A DNA stretch of 64,000 nt from Octopus vulgaris (GCA_951406725.2 OX597818.1:66092001-66156000), one strand, 5' to 3'; shown: positions 25,776 through 41,057, numbered from the stretch's first letter. The notes: generated by a model not told the origin, from the sequence alone. A program made the numbers and translations.

Positions 25776-25960
25776 AAGAGAGAGAGAGAGAAAGACATAT
25801 AGGAAAAAGACCATTGTATTTGGAAATATGAATAAAAAAATTCATTATATTTTTCCACAACTTAATTGTTATTCATGCTTTAAACTAAGTTGAAAAGGTC
25901 ACGAAGACTGAAGCCGGTCCTAAAATGTTCTCCATGATAAAAATTTTAGCATTTTTCCCT
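25050..25960 (+). mobile_element. Decayed Neptune-like PLE (GIY-YIG region and 3' end), interrupted by (CTT)n/(GA)n
   Basis: Segments translate as RQPNSMKNL, KKCGTPNCGMC..DGSEFPFKRGERFTVKNNF and CMGRREKYTDETKNSLRQWMTLHRSQI (about 25160-25486). A degenerate HHR, ugaaaa-gguc-acgaa-gacu-gaagc-cg-guc, lies near 25890-25919. Confidence 0.75.
25497..25600. repeat. (CTT)n microsatellite
   Basis: Seen by direct inspection. Confidence 0.95.
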
Positions 25961-26242
25961 TATTTTAATTTACTTATATATATATATATCACCTTCGAAA
26001 CGTAGAGTAGATGAAACCATGGCGACTGAAGAAGTGTTTTTTTCCTTGTGTTATTTGTCCTGTACTCTATTTGTTTGTTGTTGTTTAAGAAAAACGTCCA
26101 GTTCCTTGGGTTTGTGTCTATGTTTTCGTTTCTCACTGTGTTCGACGTTTTTTTGGTGTCCTGTACTCATATATGCGTGTATATATACATGTAGCGGTAG
26201 GTACGTGCATATATGTATATATATATGCATATGTTTTATTTA

Positions 26243-26314
<72 letters not shown>

Positions 26315-27062
26315 CATTATTCTTTGCTTGAGTTTATCTCCCACTACCACTAACCAATCGGTGCTAGTTTGTTTATATCCCCAAAGACTGGGGTTGATCT
26401 GTTCGACGAAACACTACAAGCCGATGCACCAGCATGGCTACAGTTCAATGACTAAAACAATAAAAAAGACTAATGATATTTACATTTAGATAATGTATAG
26501 ATGTAGTAGTAGTACACTTGAATGAATGTATACATATAACTGTTCTTAGACATGTGTCCTCACACAAAGAGAGATTGTTAACCACGTTCACAGAATGACA
26601 AAAGCATTTGTTGTCGTCCCAAGTGCGTCCAAGCAACAATCTTCACAAGGAGAGCTCGTTGGCACTGAACTGGTTTTCGTTACAGTGTCATAACATGAAA
26701 ACAAAATTCAATATCGTATGTTTGCCTCTTGATATGGAGTGTGTTTCTAGATGACAATTCTTTAAAATATACGCTGAATATGGCTCATATATATGCAAAT
26801 GTTTATATCAATAGTGTATGAGTAGAGACCGATGTTCTCTTAGCAGACAATTCTAGTTGATAATTGCGGTGGACACAATGCATGCATACAGAAAGAGCTT
26901 TTTCAATTTTTATCTCCTAATGACATATTCCTTTAGTTTATTTCTTACTTAACTATAGGTCTTTTGAAACAGATTAGAAGACTTAGAGAAACATTTCAGT
27001 TTTAAGCGTGGCTCACGTATAGTTCTATTAGGTTTGAACACTACAAACGGCGCATATAACGA

Positions 27063-27112
<50 letters not shown>

Positions 27113-27237
27113 GTATGTATGCTCATAAGGAGATATTGGAAAAACGAAAACAGATACAGTTAAACAGAAAACATACATACACGCACATACATATGTATGT
27201 GTGTGTATGTATATATATATATGGATGTATATGTATG

Positions 27238-27300
<63 letters not shown>

Positions 27301-28054
27301 GCATAGACACACGAGCACGGATGTAAACACGCATACATCTCTATACATTCCGCGCATGCGAAGCAAATATGTTCGTAGTTATACCTGCATAACAATGCGA
27401 AACTCTTTCACTCACACATGCATAGAAAAAAGTGAACACACAATTTCACACGTATCCACACACGTACACACGCGCCTGCAAAGTTGCAGTCAGTCATACA
27501 TATAAATTACATAAAATCTGTTGTAACAATTGAAGATTGGTGAAGTTGCTGAAAAAAGTATTTTCTTATTGCATAAAAATCGTTATGAAGAATTGAAAGA
27601 TAGTTGTAGCGACAGAGGGGTTAAAAGTTGACAAGGATACAGAGATATAAAATGCTTTATCACATGAACAAATACAAAGCAAAACCACATTGCCTAGAAA
27701 AATTACTTTTTAACTTACACGTAACACATTTAAGCAAACAGAGGATGATACCAATGCGCAATTCAACGATATACAATGCAACGGTGAATACACGTCATTT
27801 TTGCAGGCGAATATGGAAATGTGTGTATGAGTGTGTGAGTGTGTGTTTATGAGTGTGTCTTTGCTTGTATGTGTACGTGTGCTTGTGTGTGTATGCGTGA
27901 GTGTGCGTTTGTGTCTTTGTGCACAAGCGCCTTTCATTAAATTATCATTAGTTGTGCATTTGAATCCAGAACCAACGTTCGCGGAAAGAAGTAGGAAGGA
28001 CACACACTCACACCTACAAAAACACATACACACACCACATACATACATATATAC

Positions 28055-28141
<87 letters not shown>

Positions 28142-29232
28142 TATACATATATATAACCAACTGTTCCAAGATGGAAAGATCAAAAACTGCTCCATGTGAT
28201 GAGAGATAAATATATAATGAACGCAATATATGTTGTTATGTGCTACTATTAGTTTCATGTGATAGAAACATGCCGGGCTGTATGTTTTAGCACGCATGTT
28301 GCCCTCGCGCAATCTTCAAGTACTGCCCACATGGCATTACAATCTAAAAGTTGGACGTTAGGATGAGAGAAGTAAGAAGGAAAGAGGAGAAAGGCGTAGA
28401 TACAATGGCAAAAGTTCCCTTTTTCAAGGGTAGTTCGCATTTTAAACCGCCCACCTTTTATATCTACTTCATTCACGCCTTTTCTCATTTTTTCTCTCAT
28501 CCTATCGTCCTAATATTGCCATTATTACGCTATGCGGGTTGTCCCTGAAGATCGTTCTTAAGCACCAGGCATATAAAAAATACTAACTAGCATGCTTTTA
28601 ACGCATGAAACTCATAGTTGCAGATAAAAACATACTGCGTTTAGGAAATGATATATAAAAAAACTTACATATACATACACTCACACATATACATACGTAT
28701 ACTCATACACATATTTTAATGACTGCTTTTTCGTTGTGTTATAATAAAAGAGTACACTACATTAATATGTGGTTTAATCTATAATGTCGTAGAGTACAAA
28801 TTTATTATTCTTAAAGAAGAAGAATATTAACATTTGCCTTCAATTTTCGGCCATTTATGGCAGTCATCAAATATCGACGATGGCTTAACTGACCGGAAGT
28901 TCCATGTAACTGACAATAAAATAATTGTTCAAGAAGGATAAATTTGTGCGCAATGAAAGGACGAGAATAATTTGTGCTTTACGGAAATATAGAGTAAGCA
29001 TGGTCAAAAGCAACTCTGCGTAATCACATAACTGCAAAATCTCTCATTGTTTATGGCAGATCCAAGTGGTTTCATTGAAGGCTTCCGTATCCATGGTGAG
29101 TGTCGGGTTCCTTATTTTGCACCAGAGAAAATGAGATGATCAATACAGTGAGTGCAGCCACCCTCACCCAGTCCAAATAAGGTGAATGTCGTTTCATATG
29201 ATCAACGTAGTTTATTTCTATGTAATAAATAA

Positions 29233-30302
29233 CACGAGGGTGGGGCGAAACTTTCATAGGCTGAGTACAAAGGAGGGACGCTAGAACATTTAAAACTATG
29301 TTGCATTAATTTGAACTCAACTTGTTAATTACTGCTAACATGTCAGTGCAGGTAAACTGGCATCTCACATTTCAAAGAAAACTTCAAATGGAATCACTAG
29401 TGAATTCTCATCCAAATGGATCACATTGCGAGTAATCACCCTCAAATAATGGATGACAGGCGATTGAATATAAATCAAATAGCCAATGATATCAGCATAT
29501 CCTGTGTCCGAGCTAAGAATATTTTGAGCAATAGATTTGGAATGACGAAGGTTTCTGCTCGCTCTCTGCCAGGTCTTGTAAAATTTGATCAAAAGTTACC
29601 CTACCTAGTCATATTACTGTAAAATCTGATATTGTCTGAGGCAGATCCAGCTAGTTGCATTGAAAGTTTCCTTACTTAGAATGAGCGTCGGGTTTCTCGC
29701 TTGGCATCAGAGTCACAGAGAAAAGCCATAGAGTGAATAGAATCAACCGAACCCGTTCCAAAGAAGGTCAAAATTCGTTTCATTTGCATGGAAAAGGATG
29801 TCCCTAGTTTTTTGTAATGTAAAGGGCAGTGTATTTAGTGACAGTTTTCAAAAGTATCACACCATCAATGGAATGTACCGCTCCAACATGCTGGCGTATT
29901 TACGAAATTAACCAAAGGCATTTTGTATCACGATAACAATATTCCAGTACATAAGGGTTTCGCTCCAATAGAAGCTATGTCTGAGTGTATCCTTGAACTG
30001 CTTGATCACTTTAACTATTCTACTGCTCTAACCCTGTTCCCTTCTCTCATCTGTTCCACTTGTTCCACCAAAATATTGGCTGGGAAGCAGTATCACAGTG
30101 ATAATGAAATCATCTTTCTCGTTTATTAAATATTTTACCAATAGGAGGAACATTTCTTCACCAATGAGATCAAGGCACACTGAAGGCACTGATGGAAAAG
30201 GTGTGTGAACCTCAAGGTGAATTATGTGCAAAAATAAACCTCGTTAGCTCACATTCTATGAAAATATTTTGCTCAGCCCATGAACTTTTCAGCCGACACT
30301 TG
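29233..30302 (+). mobile_element. Mariner element with both TIRs, internally deleted and decayed
   Basis: The left TIR cgagggtggggcgaaactttcataggctgag matches the right reverse complement caagtgtcggctgaaaagttcatgggctgag. The transposase remnant reads MDDRRLNINQIA...GMTKVSAR, LYHDN and ELLDHFNYS (resembling HPPYSPDL). Confidence 0.85.
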
Positions 30303-30364
30303 AATGTATATTTAAGAGCTCTTTTGTGATTGTAGGTGTATGTCGATATGCGTATCTGTATACA

Positions 30365-30464
<100 letters not shown>

Positions 30465-30575
30465 TAATAAATCTTGATCGAACTCTAAAATTGTTATTTT
30501 TCTGCATTTATAATCTGTGCGTGTATGTATGCATGTATGTATGTGTATATATATATATGAATATATATATATGTA

Positions 30576-30607
<32 letters not shown>

Positions 30608-32189
30608 CGCATGCCGGTGTGTGTCCTTGTGCTTTTGTGCATGCATTTAAGATTGAACTTGTGTATGTCCGTGTGTGTGTAAAACGTCCCGAGCAAAACA
30701 AATGTGTCATATCCAGCCGCGCAGCCACGTCATTACAAGATGTTTCGGTGTTTTTCAAAGCGTAACTAAATTATTAAAACTTGCTCCTATATGTGACATC
30801 TACTTAATCAAAAATTATGATATCTGAATTGAGAAATTGTGCTTAAAATTATTTCAGACTGCAGTGATTTGTAACACCGACGCTTCAATAACTTTCGCAA
30901 GTTTTACAAACAATGAACGAAAATTATGAAATAAGTATTTTGTGATTTTTAAAATATCTTTTTGGAAAACACTGTCGACCTGAAATCTTGTGCTGAAAAA
31001 TGATTTGTTGTGTCTCAGTTGGGTTAAAATGTTAATTGTATACACGCGCACTCTTTCTATCTCACTTTAGTTTCATTTTTTCGTCAATTCTTTGATTAAT
31101 TGTTTCGTCAATTAATCCCTCAGATAGGTTTGTCATTATGCATTCATCACCATTCGTGACCTCATCGGTGATATGTCTTCTCTACTACAGACCTGATGTT
31201 TTAAATTTTCCAGATGGATGTTTCATGAGGTTGTACCTTCTTACCACCAACTTGATGTTGATTATGGATAAACTGGAGTCTGTGCATTCTCTTATTAAGC
31301 AAAGCTCTCAGATGGTTCCTATCATTTGACAGCGGAACACACTGACCATCAGAGTTTTTCTAGCTCGACTAGAGTTTAAAATATTTCATTTTGTATATGG
31401 CTTTCAAGGTTCTTCATTTGAACTCGTGTACTGAAACATTTTATCATGGGAGGGTCATTATATAAATAAAAACACATACACCGATTCAATTTCACTTGCT
31501 TTTTATCAGTTGTGTAACGATTTAACCAATGAATGCGTGATTATGAATGTGAATTATGATAGATTGTATTTATGCTTCTCGTCGGGGTAGTGTGTCTAAA
31601 ATTCTGGACGCATCAGGCATCGTATGAAGTGTGGGAAATAACCTCTTGATGTAAATGATTTCGCTCATATTGGTGTTAAGATTGTTGCGTAATATTTGGG
31701 GTGCCTGTGGTTAGATCCACCCTACTGTAATCGTGAAAATCACCTATCTGTACAATTTGATAAGTATCGCTAGAAGTCTGTGATACCCTGAAATATCCCA
31801 TGATTATAACCTTCCTTCATCGGGAAAGACGAAAGAAAAATATTCTTAAATATCTAACGTTTATTGTTCGTCCTCGTGTATAGCTAATAACTATAAATAA
31901 TTCATATTCATAACGACTGACTCGTCTTCAAGATAACTTATGCAATTCCCAGCTATTAGCTTGTGAAACTTATATCTAATATCCGTTTCACTGTTAGTTT
32001 CATGTCAAACAATATTAGATTACAGCTTGCAGCTATGTTAGCTATGAACGAAAGTATCATACGAGATTTTCTCACAGTCACCTTCTTAAAGATATACAGC
32101 ACTATGAACTAACATATGTGGTATCATTGTGTACGGTGAGTGTTATGAAATACTAGTATTACACTATCTCAACATATTGTCCATTCTAT

Positions 32190-32608
32190 ATCTCTTTACT
32201 CTTACTCTTTTACTTGCTTCAGTCATTTTACTGCGGCCATGCTGGAGCACCGCCTTTAGTCGAGCAAATCGACCCCGGGACTTATTCTTTGTAAGCACAA
32301 TACTTATTTTATCGGTCTCTTTTCCCGAACCGCTAAGTGATGGGGACGTAAACACACCAGCATCGGTTGTCAAGCAATGCTAGGGGGACAAACACAGACA
32401 CACAAACATATACACACACACTTATATATATATACATATATACGACAGGCTTCTTTCAGTTTCCGTCTACCAAATACACTCACAAGGCATCGGTCGGCCC
32501 GGGGCTATAGCAAAAGACACTTGCCCAAGATGCCACGCAGTAGGACTGAACTCTGAACCATGTGGTTGGTTAGCAAGCCACTTACCACACAGCCACTCCT
32601 GCGCCTAT
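32190..32608 (-). mobile_element. tRNA-derived SINE family A, full length
   Basis: It is near-identical to 13368-13780. Confidence 0.85.
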
Positions 32609-33212
32609 ATAATCATTTTTTTTTTTCTTTTTTGTACCTCATGATAGTTTTCAAAGAACTTTCGCAATATAAGGATATTCATTTATCCATTCATGTACTT
32701 TTACTTGTTTCAGTCATCTGCGGCCATGCTGGAATTATGCGAAACTTGACTAGCGCTACAACAGTGTCTATGTAACATATAGAAAATTCGTCCCTGGCCA
32801 TGGTACAATACGTATTTTACTGGTTATTCGGAACAAAAAGTATTCTCTGTGAATTTCGTATGCCTGCATCCTATATGTGTGTGCTTCGCAGGTGCACATT
32901 TCCTATAAAAATCCCTTGGATATGCGTCATCTGTATTTGTGCAGCTGGTATGCAAGTGTTTCGAAGGACACATTTTGATGGTAATCCAGTTTCCCCGAAT
33001 TTACCTGAGAATTCTGGAAACCAGAATATTTTCAAGCTAAACATGATTATGTTATCTACCTTCATCTTTGCAAGGAAGACATCTGGAAGGCACAAGCCAT
33101 TTCTTCTCCCTTCGTTTACACCTATCTATCTATCTATCTGTCCAACACTGTTTCCATAAATGTATAAATGAACATACATATATATATACATATATGGGGG
33201 TGTATGTATATT

Positions 33213-33245
<33 letters not shown>

Positions 33246-33288
33246 CATATACATACATATTTATACATACACACACACACACATACAT

Positions 33289-33356
<68 letters not shown>

Positions 33357-33360
<4 letters not shown>

Positions 33361-33576
33361 CAATTGCAGCGTGAAAGGTGTTTATAAGCCATTTAAGAAG
33401 CACACAAAAACCGTTAAATTCACTTCAGCATTTAAATTTAATTTGTCAAAATATTTTCGTCGTTTTGAGACCGCGACCTGACAAAGCTTCGTGCTGCACG
33501 AATGTTGAAGTGAATCTAACGATTTTGTGTGTTTCTTAAATGGCTTATAAACACCTTCCACGCTGCAATTGTTATA
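33357..33576. repeat. Fold-back element in (TA)n with arms of about 75 bp (PLE-type terminus)
   Basis: Arms are 33357-33432 and 33501-33576. The loop on minus has an HHR-like scaffold, UUUGUCA-GGUCG..CGAC-GAAAAUAUUU-UGACAAA, but lacks CUGANGA. Confidence 0.7.
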
Positions 33577-33892
33577 TATATATATACGCATACACACACA
33601 GAAACTGGTATGCGTTTATGTATGAGCAAGGGAACAAACAAATTTTATTTACTACGTGTTGTTAAAGTTTTGTTTTAACGTCACGAACTGTAAATGTCTT
33701 ATGGAGGTTTACATTTAAAATGAAGAGAGGAATCCCTCGATGAACAGTTACAAATATTTCATTCAGTATCTAAACAACGTATAGTGAGTCCCTGTGAGGA
33801 GTCTCACATTTGGCATCGGGGATACCAGGGATGATGCATTTCTGACATTTCTGATTCTGCCTTTTAAGCTACACACACACACGCACACACAT

Positions 33893-33923
<31 letters not shown>

Positions 33924-33924
33924 G

Positions 33925-34290
33925 TGAAACTCCGTCGTTTACGACAACGAAGGATACAGTTGATTCGATCAGCCAAACGGCCTGCTCCTGAAATTGAAGT
34001 GCAAGTGACTGAGCAACCTGCAGACATGTGTACCCTTAACATAGTTCTCGGGGATATTCAGCGTGACAGAGAGGGTGTCAAGGCTGGCCCTCTAAAGTAC
34101 AAGTACAACAGAAACAGGAAGAAAGAGTGAGAGAATATTGTTCTGAAAGACTACAGCCGTGTTCCGCACCACTCCTTGCCGGAGAAACGTGAAGCTTTAG
34201 TTGTTTTCGATCAATAAACACTCACAACGCACCGGTCAGGGTATCGAAAGAGCGATCCTACAACCACTGGGCCATTACGCCTCCACAACC
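33925..34290 (-). mobile_element. SINE family C (tRNA-like head)
   Basis: The minus head reads ggcgtaatggcccagtgg...ttcgataccc. The body is homologous to 47845-48110 and 59260-59335. Confidence 0.6.
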
Positions 34291-34695
34291 ACACACAGAT
34301 CCACACAGGCACTCACAGACACACATACACACAAAGCACACACATATTTGTATGCAAACACCCAATCAAACACACACCAACACATATGTAAGTATATATA
34401 CGCGTGTGTGTATGTGTGTGTTTATGTGTATGTGTGTGTTTGTGTGTGTGTGTGTGCGTCTTTTGTTTGTGTGGATATGCGAGCGAAATTTCAATTTCAT
34501 CAATAATTATTCTGAATTTAGTTTCAAATGACAGCACAAGTTTTTACCCAATTTGAAACATCGACGTTGTCTTAATATTGCTCATCCACAAACTCATGCA
34601 CAAATACACGAACACACAAACACATGCCTCCCCGGTAAGCATACATGCACATATATATTTATAGGTACACGTGTATATGCATAAATATATACTCA

Positions 34696-34734
<39 letters not shown>

Positions 34735-34825
34735 TATAAGTACATTTATATATATATGCATGTATATATATATATAAGTATATATATATGTATATATATA
34801 TAAGTATATATATATATATACACAC

Positions 34826-34859
<34 letters not shown>

Positions 34860-36137
34860 ATGTACAATACAATATTTTGGCTTCTTTGTGACGCTGTGCA
34901 ATCAGACATATATAATTCATTTTGTATGGCATGTTTGTACGTTTATGAATATGTAGTCCATATATATACACACACACACATACATACACACACACACATA
35001 TATATATATGCATACATATATACATATATTTACGTATATATATACACACACATATATATGTATGTATGTATACACATACAAACTAAAAAATATATATCTT
35101 ATTTGTATATGTGTATACGCATGATATATGCGTGTATTGTTTTATGTATTTATATATGTATGTCCATAAATTATTCTGTGCATATGTCCGTCTCTGATCA
35201 TTAGAACAGAATACTGAATGTATTTGTGCGGTTAACAGTGCCTCCATACAGACACATATACACACGCAAATACACACGCATATACACACCTATATATATG
35301 TAGATAGATAGATATGTATGCATGTATATGCATGTATAAATAATCATTTGTACATGCAAACAGGCATACAACTTCAAAAATATTATAGTTGCACATTGCC
35401 TGTAAACCAAACACAGATATAGACACAGAGAAACTTATATACTTCTGAGTCACTGTACATGCACTTTTACGTGTGTGTGTGTGTGTGAGGCGGGTTGACT
35501 ATTTGTCCCCATGTGCGTACATATGATTCATTATACTACCAGAAGCATATTGCCTTCTGCATGTCATGTTTTTATTGTACACCATGTAACGTTGTTTTTT
35601 AGTTTTCAAAATTTTTTTCCATGGCTAGGTACATAAATAATTGCCTATGGGAAATGGAGTATGCATATTGCTGTTTCTACCTACTAAACTATCCTGTCAA
35701 ATTTGTTCTGAAGTTCTATAAAGAAACATTGTTTTTCTAAATCATATAGCACAATGACAAAAATATAACCCATACAATTAAAGTTCTGCTGGAGAAACCA
35801 GTCAACTGCATATTAAGTTATTCAGGCTTACTAAACTGGTGGAGAAAAAAATATTGATGATGTTTATGTACAACCGTCACCCTTACATCCATCTTTCCCT
35901 TCTGCATGATTAGTACATGTATATACTTGTGCCTGTGTATGTGTATATGTGAAGGTCTGTCTGTATGTCTGTGTGTATGTATGTTAATGTGTATGCATGT
36001 TTGTGTTTATCACTGTGTGTATGTGTGTAGATATGCGTAGATATGTGTGTGGGAGCATAAATACATATATCGATATTCACGCGCACAAACACCCCTACAT
36101 ACGCTCACACTTAGAATTGTGTATGAGTGTATACACC

Positions 36138-36168
<31 letters not shown>

Positions 36169-36849
36169 ATTTGTGTGTGTGTGTATGTGTATATATATAT
36201 ATATATATTTATATACTTGTATATACATAAATATGTACATATATGCATGTGTTTATACATGTATGTATGAATATTTATATGCATATATAATAGCGATCCT
36301 GTCCACATATAGAAACACATTCATTGACACGCAGAGGCACTGAACACATAGGAGAGAAAAAGAATTCAACATGTGTTGCATCTGCGACTCACAAATTTCA
36401 TTTGTCGCATTTTTTTTGTACTTTTAGAATACTTTGTCGATATCTAAAACACCATTCTACGTTCTGTGCTCTGGAAAAGTATCGTTGGTAGAACCATACC
36501 CTTGACAGAATGCGTTTGCTATTTCAGGATAATTTTTTTTTTATCTAAGAAAGGCAAAATATTTTAAATAGAATCCGGTACGTATATTCTTACATATTTT
36601 GTGGTATCTTGTGACGGTCATTATGCCAATAATAATAACACAGGAACCGTGTGTGTGTTATTATTCATGGCATAATGACCAAGGCACAAGATTTGTTTCA
36701 ACACACGAATTCAAATAAATAATCTTCCTAAGAAAATAATAAAACGAAGTATTCTTACATACAGTTAAGAGAAAAGCTACTCAATAAAACCGCTCTCAGC
36801 CCTATGAAACGACTAAATGCAATGTTCGATCGACCGTTATCCATTTTGC

Positions 36850-37420
36850 CGGTAACGCAGCTTTTAGGTATGCTTATTTGTGTGCTTCTCTCTATTACGC
36901 TCCAGACGATGTAGTCCTATGGAGGTGAAATCGGGAGAGTTAAGCGTCCAAATGCTGGACATAACACGATCGTGAAACTTTTCGGCCATGCATGCCTGAA
37001 TTCTAGTCTGTGTGAGAGAAAGCAGAAACGTTTTGGAACACGTCCGGCCTTTCGACCCAGAGCTTGAAAACCATCTCTGTTGTTACTGCATTACCTGAAC
37101 ATTACATCTAATGTATTGTGGAACAATATTGAAGAGATACGACAGCGCCTTCGTTACCAAAACAGAGAATGGGAAGATGGAATGGAAAACGGTGGAACAG
37201 TATAAGTAAGGCTGGCTCAGAGCCATTCTTCGGTTCAGTTTGGTCTTCAACAAATTTCTTCTCATCTGAAAAGAAATGGATCATACTGAGCTCCTCCAGT
37301 TACTTGAATTTCATAAGCAACCACTTTCAATGGGTCCCAGCTTTCATGGGCTTAAATCGGACAAGAACCGCATTGTTCGCATGACACAAGATTTGTACCT
37401 GATGTCTTCAAGTCGCACGC
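36850..37420 (-). mobile_element. Decayed Tc1/mariner transposase, maT (DD37D)-like
   Basis: Minus-strand motifs occur in the expected order: LEDIRYKS, FFSDEKKF, RPDVFQ (resembling RPYVFQQD) and DYIVWSVIER. Confidence 0.65.
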
Positions 37421-37974
37421 GTTTAATTCTTGACTGGAGCAAATGGTGATGATTTAAAAAGGCCCCACCGATTCCCGGGATTCACGCATATGGTGCCCTC
37501 GACTTGGTAGCCAAACTCAAAATTTCTAACAAAGTTTGACCACGTTCTTTTTGCTTTTCCTTTGGTCAGGCAAACACATTCTAGCCTCAGACCAGAATAT
37601 TTTCACTGGCAATATTTAAGAAGGTCACCATTTCAGAATCCATGTGCATAGAGACTAGGATTACAAGATCGCAACGCCTGCAGAAACAAATAATCTGATG
37701 CCTGATAGAGAATTGGTAAACATAGCCGCTCAGATCCATGACAGATTTAGAATAAGATTAGAGCAACGAAGTGAATAGCATACTAAGGACGCAAACGGAC
37801 AATGTGAGGAAAAGTGCGTAAAAGAGTTATGCTTGTTCTCATCGCCTGCATTAGCCTAAGACGGAAAAGTATATCGGTAAATATGCAGTATGGAATAGTA
37901 ACCATAGTTTTATGATTAAAAGAAACAGTATTTGTATGAATACGAGCCAAAATTTGTTGAATGTTCATAACAGG

Positions 37975-38290
37975 GTTTTATATATCTCCGATACCATGCC
38001 AATAGAAGAAGGAAATCCAATATGATTATAGTATAGAAATCACAAAACAATGAGCGAATATTGTCATGGCAACCCCCTAAATTAGTGAAAAATCAATGGA
38101 ATTTAAAATAATGGAGGAATATCAAGAACGAAAGAGAAGATTAGAGTGAACATTGCTCCAGTTGTAATTGGTGCGATCGGTTCGATTTCTAAGAATTCTT
38201 CACAGAGGCTGGATGATTTGAGGAGACTGTCGAGCAGTAGAAAAAGTCGTTCTCTATTCTATGAGTGTTCTCATAAAGATTCCAGAGATA
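37975..38290 (+). mobile_element. R4/Dong-like non-LTR retrotransposon C-terminal (RLE) remnant
   Basis: VNIAPVVIGAIGSISKN is preceded by a degenerate RRxDxIIV...EY, as in the PD-(D/E)xK endonuclease tail. Confidence 0.55.
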
Positions 38291-39480
38291 TTACGAGACT
38301 TTCCGTCGCCAAACATCAGGTTAACATCTCTATCAATTTAGAATTAGTCTCCCAAGAATACGTAATAAAATGTTTAGCGACAACGACAAGAGACAGTTTC
38401 ATTTTCTTTTTGTGTATTAGTCTATATAATTCCATAGCTTAACACACTCGTATAATGTATTTTCTGCATCGAAAATTAGGAAGTAAAGTAGCACCATATT
38501 CCTCACCGATATTAGCATTGTACACAAATGGAATCCACTTTATTATCACGGTTCACTTCAGCAATCAAAATCAACACTGGTTTTCATTTGGTGCTTTTAA
38601 GGACGAATATCATTCATAAAGAGTAGATATATCATGCGTTGAATACATGAAATATCGGAATGGATCCGCACAGAGTATGTAGCGATATGAAAACTATCAT
38701 ATGCAACGACTTTACGCCATAACACTTTCAATGAAAGGCACATGATCATTCAATTATAGAGCAACAAAGATATATTATATACCTGAGTTGAAAATAAATC
38801 GTGAAGAAGAAGACAAGAAATGATTAGATGAATGAAGCAAACAGAATATCGGCCAAAATATTGACACACAATATAAGAAGATAATAATAAAAAAGAATGA
38901 GAAAAAACAATAAGTTATATGTTCTAAAATGTTTATGGTTGAGGCGAAACACTGCATTGAATATAACGCGTACGTGTAAATATACACGGTCATGTACATG
39001 CACGCGTGCACATGCGAAAATAAGGAGGCATTTGTGGGTACTTGTTTCTGTGTATATATTTATTGCATATGTGTGTATATACATACATGCATGAATACAC
39101 ATACACACACACAAACATATACATATTTAGGCATACGCTTGCGTATATATGTTTGTGTGTGTATATATAATTATATTTTCATACGTATGTGTGTGCGTAT
39201 GAGCATGTATATGTATATATATATATTATGTTATATATACGACATATACATATGTATGTATATATATGTATATATATATATATATAAATATTTCTATATA
39301 CGCTTGCGTATGTTTGGTATGTGTATAGACACATATTTCCATACATATGTGTGTGTGTATGTGCATGTATATATATGTGTGTGTATACGGTATATACTAT
39401 ATGTTATATATACGGCATATATATATATGTATATATAAATATATATATACATATACATACGTGAGTGTGTGTGTGTGCGT

Positions 39481-39511
<31 letters not shown>

Positions 39512-41057
39512 TTGCGTGTCTGAGAGTTTGTGTTTGTACAGAATGTCTGTGTGTTGAGATCAATAAAGAAAGTTAGCAAGTTTTTAGTTTAATGCACAAT
39601 GAAACTGGCCAGTGATCAACTACCACCATTTTCGGCAATAACAATCAATATATCTTTGGCGGCAATAAAGCTTGTAAGATTAATACCCAATAAAATAGCT
39701 TTTGATTGCAAAGCAATAAAACAACTCATAAAATTCTTCATTTATCTGATAGCTAATAAACGATTTGATGCTTGATAACTAATATATTGCTTGAATGAAG
39801 AATATCCAATAAGAATTACTATAAAAAGGATTTGATAAATTCTTTAGACTCTCTGCTTAATTCTATTGCTTCTTTATATTTTGTTATTCCGGTTTTCGCT
39901 TTATATTTTTGTACTTTAATTCGTCTTTTATCGCGTTTATTATTGTTATTGTTGTACTCGCGTTTAAATTTAGCACGTGATTAATACTCATTAATATATC
40001 TTTTTAATGACAACCGTGAAACAACGAAAATAATGGCAGAGTGATTTTAAAAAGTCATATGAAATATTTCAAAGCTTTTTAGAAATTCCCTTTAAATTAT
40101 TTGATCAAAGCTGTTCTCTTAGTTTTGGGAATAAATCGACGCTCTTGAAGTTTGTTTTCAGAGATGTTTTTTTTTTCTTTTTTTTTTCTTAGACTTTCAC
40201 TATCATTTTCTTTCAAGAAAGAAGTCTCAATTCATCTTTACAAACATCAGTCATTTCTCTGTTAAACAAAATCTATTTTTATCAAGTTAACCGCTTCGTT
40301 TTGACATTAAAAGACAAATCAAAGTCGAATATAAATTAAATATAGAGGGATGTACCTTAATTTAGTCACTCTGCTGTCTTGAATCAACGCACGAATTCTA
40401 TTGTCCCATATTTCAGAAAAAAGAAAGGGTGAGTTATATGAAATATATAAAGGCAGGAAAGGAACCAGTCTTATATAATTTCACTGAAAACCATTTACGT
40501 CCCTTAGCTATATAAGGGTATACAGCACATTTTCTTGTACGATTTCATACTTTTCCCCTAAATTCAACTATTGCCCTAAAACACAGAAACGTCTGTAGAA
40601 ACACGATTTTTGTTCACCGAATAAAGAGTAAGTGTATATATTATTCTTTGGCATGATGTAGAGATAATTTTTAGTTGATATCGGAGGGGGGGAAAATCAT
40701 TTCTGCCCTCGCCATTTGTAGAGTTTTCGTATATCCCAATTAGATCGTTGCCCCTTGAGCTTGAATAAATTTCTGATTCATTATATAATTTGTACATTCA
40801 CGTGCACTCACATATATGTTGTTTTGCATCTGGATGTAGTAAATATTTTTCAGTAGAACATCGGTGGGATAAAATGCAATTTTCTAACTAACTGGTATGT
40901 GTTGAAGTCGGTCTTTTATGAACGAAATGAATTACAGCTCAGCAAGTGATCACCGGTGCCAACTTTAAACAGCGCATAAGAGGGGTACCATAACTTTTTA
41001 TGAAGATAATAGTAATAATAATGAAGTCATTTTAGCGAATGCCGGTTAAATACGTGA

